Origin: Acidimicrobiia bacterium
GTDB lineage: Bacteria > Actinomycetota > Acidimicrobiia > Spongiisociales > JAENVV01
Reading direction: 5' to 3'
Assembly: GCA_041635475.1 (NCBI GenBank)
Contig: JBFKVA010000003.1
Coordinates: forward strand, 18,142-82,141
Length of the DNA stretch: 64,000 nt
The position numbers and the translations under genes were made by a program. The notes beneath the pieces are model-generated. The model saw nothing but the letters and a program-made list of their open reading frames with translations, searched no databases and had not been told where the DNA came from. The stretch's first letter is position 1; every line of letters begins with the position of its first letter. Below, piece after piece: positions 40,516-49,230 of the stretch.

Positions 40516-40994
40516 AGGTCGAAGCTCCCGGAGACGGAGGAACCAGAGGCACGGGTCCTGGCCTTGCCGGATAGGGCCTTGACGACCCAGGCGTTGACGG
40601 AGTCGCCGCCCATGCCGGCGGCCTCCTCCACGAGGGCCTTGAGTTGGGCAGGGAGTCGGAGCGTGATGCGGGCGTCCAGGTCGCCGGGATCGACGTCACC
40701 GGTGGCGGCAGGGTCGTCGCTGATGCGCAGGACGGGATCGTCGCCGTCGAGCACGACCTCGACGGTGCGGTCACCGAGTTGTGCCCCGACTTCCTCGGCC
40801 GCTTGGCGGGCGAGTTGGAGTCCTGCCTCCCGCAGGGCGGGTCCCAGCGACGCCACGAGGACCGAGCCCGCCTCGCGGACGGCCGGGTCGGTGGCGAACC
40901 GGAGCTGTGACTCCACGGCGGCCTCCACCGAGGCCATGATGACGTCGAGGTTCATCGACGCCCTCCCAGGGCCGGGCCGCGCCTCACCGGCCAC
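40512..40994 (-). CDS. ribbon-helix-helix (CopG/Arc-like) domain protein with N-terminal extension
   Basis: C-terminal ARITLRLPAQLKALVEEAAGMGGDSVNAWVVKAL has a beta-alpha-alpha RHH pattern. ATGA overlap with DUF4097 gene. True start may be internal MNLDV (40955). Confidence 0.5.
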   Translation of the reverse strand: MAGEARPGPGRASMNLDVIMASVEAAVESQLRFATDPAVREAGSVLVASLGPALREAGLQLARQAAEEVGAQLGDRTVEVVLDGDDPVLRISDDPAATGDVDPGDLDARITLRLPAQLKALVEEAAGMGGDSVNAWVVKALSGKARTRASGSSVSGSFDL

Positions 40995-41109
40995 CGGGAC
41001 CGTTCCCGGCGATCGGGGACCCGGGGTGAGGCCACGGTCTGGGTGATCGCCCGGTGGAAGTCCCGGGCCACGGCTGGATCCAACATGTCTGACTCCTTGG
41101 TTGTGCGAC

Positions 41110-41160
41110 GAAGTGATGTCATAACGACATCGTCATGATGTCATACCGATGTCATCTTGT
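41110..41160. promoter_or_regulatory. candidate operator array: 3x GATGTCAT(A/C) direct repeats plus 15-bp palindrome ATGTCATAACGACAT in divergent promoter region
   Basis: Repeats at about 41115-41123, 41138-41146, 41149-41157. Located between the divergently transcribed RHH-DUF4097 operon and dapC. Confidence 0.4.
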
Positions 41161-41235
41161 CAAGGTGGACACTCCGGATACCCTGAGGAGGTGACGAGTC
41201 CCCTCGACCCGACCCCCCGCTCCTAGGCTGACGGG

Positions 41236-42372
41236 GTGCGGATCAACCCCATCCTCGACCGCCTGGGCGAGAATCCGATGGCGGCGCTCCACGAGCGGGC
41301 CAGGGGTGCGGCCGGGCCGATCCTCGACTTCACGGTGGGTGACCCGCGCGAGCCGACCCCGGCAAGCATCCGCGACGCCCTGCGGGCAGCCGTTCCCGCC
41401 ACGTCCCAATACCCGCTGGCGGCCGGCCTCCCGCAGGCCCGGGAAGCGGTCGCCGGGTACGTCCGGCGGCGGCTCGGGGTGGACGTGGATCCGGAGTCGC
41501 AGGTCATCATCACCGGCGGATCGAAGGAAGCGGTCTTCCACGCACCGGCCGCCCTGTGCGAGCCCGGCGGGGAGGCGATCGTGATCTGCCCGACGCCCGG
41601 CTACCTGCCCTGTGCCCGGGGAGCGCTCCACGCCGGGGTCACGCCTCACCTCCCCGTTCTCTCGGGGGACTTCGTCCTCCGCCCCGACGACATCGATGGG
41701 GACGTGTGGGACCGGGCGGAGATCCTGTGGACGAACTACCCGCACAACCCCTCGGGGGCGGTCATCACCGAGCCAGACCTCAAGGCCCTGATGGAGCGGG
41801 CTGCAGCCCACGACTGCTGGGTGGCGGCCGACGAGTGCTACCTCGACGTCTACGAGGAGGACCCTCCCATCAGCGCGCTCCAGTTGGCGGACCGAGACCT
41901 CACCGGGGTGCTGTCGTTCCTCTCCAACTCGAAGCGGGATGGCATGACCGGCTACCGGGTGGGGGCCGTCGTCGGTGACGCCCGGGGCATCGAGGCGATG
42001 CGAAGGCTGAAGCAGGTGGCGGGGACGACGCCGCCGGAGTTCGTGCAGGAGGCGGCCATCGCCGGTTGGTCGGACGATCGACACGTCGTTGAGCGCAACG
42101 CGGTCTTCGCCGCCAAGCGCCGCATCCTGGGGCCGGTGTTCAAGGCCGCCGGCTTCCACGTCGTCGGGTCGACCGCCGGTCTCTACCTGTGGGTGGACGT
42201 CGGCGACGACCTCGGGGTGTCCGATCGCCTCCTGGAGGGCGGCATCATGGTGACCCCGGGACGGGTGTTCGGACCCGGGGGCGAGGGGCACATCCGTCTT
42301 GCCCTCGTTCCCACCATCGACGAATGTGTCCGTGCCACCGAGGAGATCCGCCAATGTCTGACCAGCACCTGA
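41236..42372 (+). CDS. dapC: PLP-dependent aminotransferase, probable N-succinyldiaminopimelate aminotransferase
   Basis: Class-I aminotransferase fold (NPxL start, SKRDGMTGYRVG Lys region). Overlaps dapD start. Confidence 0.7.
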   Translation: MRINPILDRLGENPMAALHERARGAAGPILDFTVGDPREPTPASIRDALRAAVPATSQYPLAAGLPQAREAVAGYVRRRLGVDVDPESQVIITGGSKEAVFHAPAALCEPGGEAIVICPTPGYLPCARGALHAGVTPHLPVLSGDFVLRPDDIDGDVWDRAEILWTNYPHNPSGAVITEPDLKALMERAAAHDCWVAADECYLDVYEEDPPISALQLADRDLTGVLSFLSNSKRDGMTGYRVGAVVGDARGIEAMRRLKQVAGTTPPEFVQEAAIAGWSDDRHVVERNAVFAAKRRILGPVFKAAGFHVVGSTAGLYLWVDVGDDLGVSDRLLEGGIMVTPGRVFGPGGEGHIRLALVPTIDECVRATEEIRQCLTST

Positions 42373-43160
42373 TCGAGGCCGCCTACGACGATCGGTCGGT
42401 CATCGGTGACGCCGCGGCAGCCGTCGAACGCACCATCGCCGCCCTCGACCGCGGGGAGGTGAGGATCGTCGAACCCACGGCGGAGGGCTGGGTCGTCAAT
42501 GAGTGGGCGAAGAAGGCGGTCCTCCTGTACTTCGCCGTGGCCGAGTTGACGGAGATGCGAGCCGGCCCGTTCGTGTACCACGACAAGATCCCGACCAAGT
42601 CCGACCTGGCTGCACAAGGGGTGCGGGTCGTACCTCCTGGGACCGTCCGCTACGGGGCGTTCTGCGAGCCGGGCGTCGTCGTCATGCCCGGGTACGTCAA
42701 CATCGGGGCCTGGGTGGGGGCGGGAACGATGGTCGACACGTGGGCGACCGTCGGGTCATGTGCCCACATCGGACGTGGCGTCCACCTGTCGGGCGGCGTG
42801 GGCATCGGTGGCGTGCTCGAGCCCCCGGGGGCGGTCCCCGTCATCATCGAGGACGGTGCCTTCGTCGGGAGTCGAGCCATCGTGGTCGAAGGTGCCCACA
42901 TCGGCACCGAGGCGGTCCTCGGCGCCAACACGACGATCACCGCCTCGACCCCTATCTACGACGTCACCACCGCCGAGCGCCCCGAGTATCGCGGCGAGGT
43001 CCCCCCGCGAGCGATCGTCGTGCCCGGCACCCGCACCCGCGAGTTCCCGGGCGGTGCGGCCCAGCTCCAATGCGCGTACATCATCGGGTGGCGGAACGAG
43101 TCCACCGACCGCAAAGTGAGCCTCAACGCGGCCCTCCGGGACCATGGGGTGAGTGCGTGA
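42354..43160 (+). CDS. dapD: 2,3,4,5-tetrahydropyridine-2,6-dicarboxylate N-succinyltransferase
   Basis: Hexapeptide-repeat left-handed beta-helix (GYVNIGAWVGAGTMVDTWATVGSCAHIGRGVHLSGGVGIGGVLEP). Actinobacterial DapD length (268 aa). Confidence 0.88.
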   Translation: MSDQHLIEAAYDDRSVIGDAAAAVERTIAALDRGEVRIVEPTAEGWVVNEWAKKAVLLYFAVAELTEMRAGPFVYHDKIPTKSDLAAQGVRVVPPGTVRYGAFCEPGVVVMPGYVNIGAWVGAGTMVDTWATVGSCAHIGRGVHLSGGVGIGGVLEPPGAVPVIIEDGAFVGSRAIVVEGAHIGTEAVLGANTTITASTPIYDVTTAERPEYRGEVPPRAIVVPGTRTREFPGGAAQLQCAYIIGWRNESTDRKVSLNAALRDHGVSA

Positions 43161-43827
43161 CCGGGCCGACCCGACGGTGACGTGGGCCTACTTCGACCTC
43201 GACGGCACCCTCACCGACCCGTTCGAGGGCATCAGTCGATCGGTGGTGCACGCCCTTCGACCGTGGGGCCTCACCCAGACGCCCGACGAACTCCGAGGCT
43301 GGGTGGGTCCCCCACTCCGGGACTCCTTCCGGGGCGTGGGCCTGTCCGCCGACGAGGCCGAGGAGGCGATCGAGCGTTTCCGCGTCCGGTACTTCGACGT
43401 CGGCTGGGCCGAGAACCGGGTCTTCGGGGGGATCCCGGAGGCCCTGGAGGCCCTGCAGGCGGCAGGGTTCCGCCTCGGCATCGCCACCTCGAAGCCGACG
43501 GAGCCGGCCCGCCGCATCGTCGAGCACTTCGGGCTCGCCCCCCACTTCCGGTTCGTGGCCGGCGCATCCCTCGACGGGTCCCGCGACACGAAAGCCGACG
43601 TCATCGCCTGGGCCCGCTCGGAGTTCTCCGCCGGGCACGGCTGGATGATCGGGGACCGGTCGCATGACATCGAAGGCGGCCGGGCCCACCGGATGGGGAC
43701 CGTCGGCGTCCTGTGGGGGTTCGGGTCGGCCATCGAGCTGGCCGATGCTGGCGCCACCCACTTGGCGGCGACGCCCGCAGAGCTCCCGGGACTCCTCGGG
43801 CCTGCCGGCCGCTCGACCGGACCGTGA
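43153..43827 (+). CDS. HAD-family hydrolase (phosphoglycolate phosphatase-like)
   Basis: Motif I FDLDGTLTD, motif II GIATSK, motif IV GDRSHDIEGG. Confidence 0.75.
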   Translation: MRDRADPTVTWAYFDLDGTLTDPFEGISRSVVHALRPWGLTQTPDELRGWVGPPLRDSFRGVGLSADEAEEAIERFRVRYFDVGWAENRVFGGIPEALEALQAAGFRLGIATSKPTEPARRIVEHFGLAPHFRFVAGASLDGSRDTKADVIAWARSEFSAGHGWMIGDRSHDIEGGRAHRMGTVGVLWGFGSAIELADAGATHLAATPAELPGLLGPAGRSTGP

Positions 43828-43874
43828 GCGCGGGCGGGGATCCGACCCGGCGAGGACTCCGTAGATTCCTCAGG

Positions 43875-44813
43875 ATGCTCGACTCACTCCGCCGACGCAT
43901 TGGCACCGCTGCCGCCCGCCCGTTCGGGCATGCCCCCTACCCGCTCGCCGACACGCTCGACCACGCCGGCGACCCGGGGCTGTGCGGGCCGGGCAGCGCG
44001 AGTTGGGCCATCATCGGCGACGTGTCCGGCTTCATCGGTGGTATCCGGGCGCTCCTCGTCCAAGCCGCCCACCCCGAGGTGGTGGCGGGGGTGCTCGATC
44101 ACTCACGGTACGAGGAGGATCCGCTCGGTCGGCTCTCGCGCACATCGTCGTACGTGACTGCGTCCACCTACGGCGCCATGCCCGAGGTCGAGCGGGCGAT
44201 CCAGATGGTCCGTCGCGCCCACCGGCCCGTCATCGGGATGTCGCACCGGGGAGAGGCGTACGACGCCGGGGACGCCGGCCTCGCAGCCTGGGTGCACAAC
44301 GCCCTCACCGACTCGTTCCTCGTCGCCTACGACCGCTTCGGACGATCCCCCCTGACGACCGACGACGCCGACCGCTTCGTCGTCGAACAGCACGCCATCG
44401 GTCGAATGCTCGACGCCGACCCGCTCCCCGCCACCGCCCACGACCTGGCGCGGTGGATCGCCGAGCACCCGTCGCTGGCTCCTTCGCCGGGGCAGGCCGC
44501 GACGACGGCGTTCCTCGCCCGGCCCCCGCTCACGGGAGGACTGCTGGTGGGATACCGACTCCTGGCGGCGGCGGCCGTGGCGACGATCCCTCGCCGCCTT
44601 CGCCGCGTCCTCGGGGTACGGCGCAGGCCCGGAGCGCTCCTGGCGGGACGGATCGCGATTCGCATCCTCCGGTGGGGACTCGGGTCCTCGCCGTCCTGGA
44701 ACCTGGCGCTCGTGCGGGCGGGGGCTGAGGTCCCCGCCGGTCTCTTCGTTCAGCCGCTGCCCACCCAGCGTTCCGGCTCGGTGGGGATCGGGCCGCACGA
44801 GGCCGGCACCTAG
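43875..44813 (+). CDS. oxygenase MpaB-family (DUF2236) protein
   Basis: ER/MpaB-like pattern (SWAIIGDVSGFIGGIRALLVQAAHPEVVAGV). Start at ATG MLDSL. Confidence 0.55.
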   Translation: MLDSLRRRIGTAAARPFGHAPYPLADTLDHAGDPGLCGPGSASWAIIGDVSGFIGGIRALLVQAAHPEVVAGVLDHSRYEEDPLGRLSRTSSYVTASTYGAMPEVERAIQMVRRAHRPVIGMSHRGEAYDAGDAGLAAWVHNALTDSFLVAYDRFGRSPLTTDDADRFVVEQHAIGRMLDADPLPATAHDLARWIAEHPSLAPSPGQAATTAFLARPPLTGGLLVGYRLLAAAAVATIPRRLRRVLGVRRRPGALLAGRIAIRILRWGLGSSPSWNLALVRAGAEVPAGLFVQPLPTQRSGSVGIGPHEAGT

Positions 44814-45523
44814 TACCCCGGCGTCGCTCCTTCGAAGAGCCGCCCCCCGACCGATTCGAGGACCTCGTCGGCCACCGCAATGAGCTCGTCAGGAGAGGAG
44901 CCGACCCGGGCCCACGCCTCGGCGAGCCGGTCGGCCAGCTCGGGATCGACCTGCCGCAGGTTTCGGTGGACCGCCTTGCCGCTGGTGAGCCAGTGCCGAT
45001 TGCGAGCAAGGGTGAAGTCGGCGATGTCCTTCGCCAGCTTGGCTGCCGAGAACATGACCTCACCCAGTGGACGGGGATCGAGGAGATCGCTCACACCGTC
45101 GCTGATCCGATGGCGGAAGAGCGTGATCTCGCCGTCGGACAGGGGGGTCGGTCCGTTCACCATGAGCCGGGTGAGCCGGCTCTTGAGGTTGCCGCCGATG
45201 CCGTCTCGATCGAAGAGCATCTCGCCCACCGTGAACATGTGGGGGAGCACCGACACTCGGTCTCGCCGGGCCCGCCTGGACGATACGTCCCACAACGAGG
45301 CGGCCGTGTGGACGTGGATGTCGAGCGGCCACCCACCGAACATGATCGACTCCTTGTACGGGGCCGAGTCGAGGTCGCCGACCACGATGAGGTCGATGTC
45401 GGCGTTCTCCTTGTCCTCGCCCCGCACGGGACTCCCATAGGCAACGGCCGCCGAGGCGTGCTCGTAGCGGCCGTTGAGGAGTTGCAGGACGGTCGGACGC
45501 CATGGGTTCCTGGAACGCTGCAT
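44810..45523 (-). CDS. nucleotidyltransferase-domain protein (aminoglycoside/antibiotic nucleotidyltransferase-like, ANT(4')/KNTase-type fold)
   Basis: Pol-beta-type NT motif AYGSPVRGEDKENADIDLIVV (GS...D.D) with C-terminal helical domain. 237 aa. Confidence 0.6.
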   Translation of the reverse strand: MQRSRNPWRPTVLQLLNGRYEHASAAVAYGSPVRGEDKENADIDLIVVGDLDSAPYKESIMFGGWPLDIHVHTAASLWDVSSRRARRDRVSVLPHMFTVGEMLFDRDGIGGNLKSRLTRLMVNGPTPLSDGEITLFRHRISDGVSDLLDPRPLGEVMFSAAKLAKDIADFTLARNRHWLTSGKAVHRNLRQVDPELADRLAEAWARVGSSPDELIAVADEVLESVGGRLFEGATPGY

Positions 45524-45620
45524 CCTTCCACCCTACGCGACCCGCAGACCGGCCACGAGGGGTCGCCGGGCAGGAGAAGCGCGCCACGAGTCGGGTGCCG
45601 GACCGGTACCCTGACCGGTC

Positions 45621-46661
45621 GTGGACCTCCTCGACACGCTTGTCTGGCTCATCGATCATCCGTCGCCCTACGGCCACGAGGACGCCCTCTGCGCGGCCAT
45701 CGAGAAGCGGTTCACGGGAAAGCCCGTGGTCCGGGTGGGCAACGGCCTCGTCGTCGGTGAACGGACAGGGCGCCCGATCCTGCTCCTCGTCGGACACATC
45801 GACACGGTCCCGCATCAGGGTCAGCCGCCATCCTTCGTCGAAGATGGCCGGGTCCATGGGCTCGGGGCATCGGACATGAAGTCTGGGGTGGCCGTCATGA
45901 TCCACCTCCTCGAAGACGCCGCTGTCACGGCCGGCCCCTTCGACGTCGTCGGGGTCTTCTACGACCGGGAGGAGGGCCCGATCGAGGAGAACCAGCTCCG
46001 GACGATCCTCACCGCCGTCCCGTGGCTGTGCGATGCCGAGTTCGCGGTCGTCCTCGAACCAACCGACCTCAACCTCGAGGAGGGATGCAACGGCGCCATG
46101 AACGTGACGCTCCGCTTCCACGGCCGATCCGCCCATTCGGCCCGTCCGTGGCTCGGGGAGAACGCCATCCTCAAGGCAACCCGGCTCCTGGACAAGCTGG
46201 GCACAGCCGAGCCGCGGCCGGTCACGATCCGGGGCCTCACGTTCTACGAGGTCATGAGTCCGACGCTGGCCGCCGGCGGTATTGCCCGGAACGTCATCCC
46301 GGGGGAGTTCGAGTTGAACGTCTCGTACCGGTTCACGCCCGACCTCACGCTCGAACAGGCCGAGGACCGCTTCCGGTCCTTCGTCGGGGACCTCGCCGAC
46401 GAGGTCGTCTTCGTCGATCGCGCCCCGTCGGGACCGGTTCCCGACCACAACGATCACCTCGAGCGCCTCGAGCGGATCAGCGGTGCCACCCGGCATCCCA
46501 AACAGGGCTGGACGGACGTCGCCCGCCTCGCGGAGTACGGCGTGCCGGCCATCAACTACGGGCCGGGCGAGACGGCCCAGGCCCACCAACGCGCCGAGTC
46601 GGTTCCCGTCGGCAACCTCGAGGTGGCCTTCGACGTGCTCGCACGCTTCCTGACCACGTGA
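45621..46661 (+). CDS. dapE: succinyl-diaminopimelate desuccinylase (M20 family)
   Basis: M20 metal ligands (LVGHIDTVP, GASDMKSG) and dimerisation domain. 346 aa. Confidence 0.8.
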   Translation: MDLLDTLVWLIDHPSPYGHEDALCAAIEKRFTGKPVVRVGNGLVVGERTGRPILLLVGHIDTVPHQGQPPSFVEDGRVHGLGASDMKSGVAVMIHLLEDAAVTAGPFDVVGVFYDREEGPIEENQLRTILTAVPWLCDAEFAVVLEPTDLNLEEGCNGAMNVTLRFHGRSAHSARPWLGENAILKATRLLDKLGTAEPRPVTIRGLTFYEVMSPTLAAGGIARNVIPGEFELNVSYRFTPDLTLEQAEDRFRSFVGDLADEVVFVDRAPSGPVPDHNDHLERLERISGATRHPKQGWTDVARLAEYGVPAINYGPGETAQAHQRAESVPVGNLEVAFDVLARFLTT

Positions 46662-46725
46662 GGGGGGGAGCGTCACGCGTCTCCCGCCTCTCGTCCCTCG
46701 TCCCTCGTCCCTCGTCTCTCGTCTC
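46662..46725. repeat. intergenic hairpin (GGGAGCGTCACGCGTCTCCC) followed by about 5 tandem CTCGTC(C/T) heptamers between convergent dapE and tupC
   Basis: Seen directly: ...gggggggagcgtcacgcgtctcccgcctctcgtccctcgtccctcgtccctcgtctctcgtctcttag. Confidence 0.4.
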
Positions 46726-47445
46726 TTAGTACACGAGGTCGCCGCGCAGGAAGGCGGCGGTCTCCTCACGGACGGGGTCCGTGAAGAAGCCCTCGGTGGC
46801 ACCGACCTCGATGAGGCGGCCACCGATCATGAGCGCCACCCTGTCGGCCAGCCGTCGTGCCTGGTGCACGTTGTGGGTGACGAGGACGACCGTCGTGTCG
46901 TGGGCTCCGCGGACCTGACCGATCGTGCGCTCGATGAGGCCCACGTTGTACGGATCGAGGTTCGATGTCGGCTCGTCGAGCAGGAGGACCCTCGGCTCGA
47001 CGAGCAGCGCCCGGGCGAGCGCGACGCGCTGACCTTCACCCCCGGACAGCCGACGGGCAGGGGCGTCGGCAAGGTCCGACAGACCGAGGTGTTCGAGCCA
47101 ACCGGCGACTACGTCTCGGTCCGGGGCTCGGCCCCGCAGGCCAACCCCGAAGACGAGGTTCTCGCGAACGGTGCGGTTGAGGAGCACCGGTCGCTGGAAG
47201 ACGGTCGTGACCTGGCGCCTCATCTCGATCGGGGGTTCCTCAGGGACGACCCCACCGAAGAAGGTGAGGGCGCCCGCCGTCGGGGGTTCGAGGAAGTTGA
47301 GCAACCGCAGCAGGGTGCTCTTGCCGGCACCGCTCGGGCCCACGATCCCCAAGACCTCGCCTTCGCGCACCTCGAGGTCGGCGATATCGACCACGGTTCG
47401 ATCCCCGTAGGTGCGGCGGATGCCCGCCAGGGCGAAGGCCGTCAT
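46726..47445 (-). CDS. tupC: tungstate/molybdate-type ABC transporter ATP-binding protein
   Basis: Walker A GPSGAGKST, LSGGEGQR, LLLDEPTSNLD. ATGA-coupled to permease. Confidence 0.8.
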   Translation of the reverse strand: MTAFALAGIRRTYGDRTVVDIADLEVREGEVLGIVGPSGAGKSTLLRLLNFLEPPTAGALTFFGGVVPEEPPIEMRRQVTTVFQRPVLLNRTVRENLVFGVGLRGRAPDRDVVAGWLEHLGLSDLADAPARRLSGGEGQRVALARALLVEPRVLLLDEPTSNLDPYNVGLIERTIGQVRGAHDTTVVLVTHNVHQARRLADRVALMIGGRLIEVGATEGFFTDPVREETAAFLRGDLVY

Positions 47446-48152
47446 CGCGACCTCCCCCGGCCCTCGAGTCGGTAGAACGCGAAGTTGGCGACGAACGCCA
47501 GGGTGAGCAGGATGATGCCGAGGGCCAGGGCCAGGGCGAAGTTGCCCTTGCGGGTCTCGAGGACGATCGCCGTGGTGAGGACGCGGGTCTCGGACTCGAT
47601 GTTCCCGCCGACGAGCAACACCGCTCCGACCTCCGAGATGATCGCCCCGAACGCCGCCACGACCGCGGCCGTGACCCCTCCTCGGACTTCGACGAGGGTC
47701 GTGAACGCGAGTTGACGACGGGTGGCGCCCAGGGCACGGAGCTGGAGGGGGAGGTTGGGGTCGACTCCTTGGACCGCCGACATGGTGAGACCCACCACGA
47801 GTGGAAGGGCCAGGATCGACTGGGCGACGATCATCCCCGTCGGGGTGAACAGCCAGCCGAGGGCACCGAGTGGACCCTCCCGGGAGAGGAACATGTACAC
47901 GAAGAGGCCGACGACGACGGGGGGCAGGCCCATGCCCGTGTAGACGAGCGGCACGATGAGGCCGGCCCCCGGGAGCCGGTGGCTCAGGCCCATCGCGGCT
48001 CCTAACGGGATCCCGATCAGCATGGCGATGAGGAGCGCACCTCCGGTGACCCGCAACGTGAGCCCGACGATCTCGAGGAGGGCGGCATCTCCCTCGGCGA
48101 GGAGGCGCACGGCGGAGGTGAGGGCATCGACGAGGGTCCGCATGTCGGGCAA
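47442..48152 (-). CDS. tupB: tungstate ABC transporter permease
   Basis: 5-6 TM MetI-like permease of the sulfate/tungstate uptake family. 236 aa. Confidence 0.75.
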   Translation of the reverse strand: MPDMRTLVDALTSAVRLLAEGDAALLEIVGLTLRVTGGALLIAMLIGIPLGAAMGLSHRLPGAGLIVPLVYTGMGLPPVVVGLFVYMFLSREGPLGALGWLFTPTGMIVAQSILALPLVVGLTMSAVQGVDPNLPLQLRALGATRRQLAFTTLVEVRGGVTAAVVAAFGAIISEVGAVLLVGGNIESETRVLTTAIVLETRKGNFALALALGIILLTLAFVANFAFYRLEGRGRSR

Positions 48153-48177
48153 TCATGGCAGGGCCGCAGCCCGTGGC

Positions 48178-49026
48178 CTACCGGGAGTGCCAGGCCTCCG
48201 AGTCCGGGTAGAAGAGGGTTTCCCCTCCCGGTGAGGTGAACCCTCCTATGAGCTCCTGCGCCTCGATGCTCGTGATCCACTCGACGAAACGCTCGGCCAG
48301 GTCGGAGGCAACGCCCGGCGTGACCGGCGTGACCGCGATGACGCCGTACGGGTTGCGAAGGCTCGAGTCGGGGTTGTCGGCGATCGAGTCACCTCCGAAG
48401 AGGATGTCCAGGCCGGTCAGGTTCTCTCTCTGGGACAGAAACGTCGCCCGGTCGGCAAGGGTGTAGGCCGAGGTCTCCTCGGAGAACTCCAGCGTCGAGC
48501 CCATGCCCTGGCCGATCGACTTGTACCACCGGCCCGAGGGATCCAGGCCGACCCGCGCCCACAACGACATCTCCTTGGAGTGGGTCCCACTCTCGTCCCC
48601 GCGAGAGGCGAACGTCGCCTCGGCTGCGGCGATGGCCGCGAAGGCCTCGGCGGCCGTCGCCATGCCCACGATGCCGGCCGGGTCACCGGGAGGGCCGACG
48701 ATGACGAAGTCGTTGTACATGACGTCATGACGGGCGATGCCGTGGCCGGCGGCGACGAACGCCTCTTCGCGGGCCCGGGCGTGCACGAGGACCACGTCGG
48801 CGTCCCCCGCCTCGCCCAAGGCCAGAGCCTGGCCCGTACCGACGGCGACCACCTCGACCCGAGCGTCGAACCGGGCCTCGAACACCGGCAGGATCGCGTC
48901 GAGGAGTCCCGAGTCGTAGGTGCTCGTCGTCGTCGCCAGCCTCAGGACGCGAGGCCTGTCACCGGTACGGGCGCAGGCGACGAGGATTGCGAAGAGCAGG
49001 AAGACGACGGCGACCCGGCGGGCCAT
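48178..49026 (-). CDS. tupA: tungstate ABC transporter substrate-binding lipoprotein
   Basis: Lipoprotein signal (LVAC). TTTSTYDSGLLD anion-binding motif typical of TupA/WtpA. Confidence 0.8.
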   Translation of the reverse strand: MARRVAVVFLLFAILVACARTGDRPRVLRLATTTSTYDSGLLDAILPVFEARFDARVEVVAVGTGQALALGEAGDADVVLVHARAREEAFVAAGHGIARHDVMYNDFVIVGPPGDPAGIVGMATAAEAFAAIAAAEATFASRGDESGTHSKEMSLWARVGLDPSGRWYKSIGQGMGSTLEFSEETSAYTLADRATFLSQRENLTGLDILFGGDSIADNPDSSLRNPYGVIAVTPVTPGVASDLAERFVEWITSIEAQELIGGFTSPGGETLFYPDSEAWHSR

Positions 49027-49119
49027 GGGAACAACCTCAGATCGTTATGACCCGTCAGCATACGTCGAGCGTGGCGGCGCCAACCCACACCGGACGACGA
49101 TCACCTCCCCGTCCGACAC

Positions 49120-49165
49120 CCCGGACGAGCGAAGGGCCGCTGCTCGAGAGCGCGGCCCTTCGGTG
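49120..49165. terminator. GC-rich hairpin GGGCCGC-N11-GCGGCCC with flanking T/G-rich tracts (bidirectional terminator candidate after gcvP)
   Basis: Seen at about 49131-49155, followed on the plus strand by TTCGGTGTTGGTGGTTGG. Confidence 0.35.
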
Positions 49166-49230
49166 TTGGTGGTTGGTGGTGAAGAGATGGTAGGAGCCGT
49201 TTCCCACCACCGCAAGGGGTTCGTGCGACG

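Noticed and set aside
41110-41160. Possible CRISPR array from GATGTCATA repeats
   Set aside because: Only three 9-bp copies with 2-14 bp spacers and no cas genes. Interpreted as transcription-factor operator repeats instead.
45060-46823. 587-aa minus-strand ORF
   Set aside because: Runs antisense across the nucleotidyltransferase/dapE region in a low-complexity frame. Artefact.
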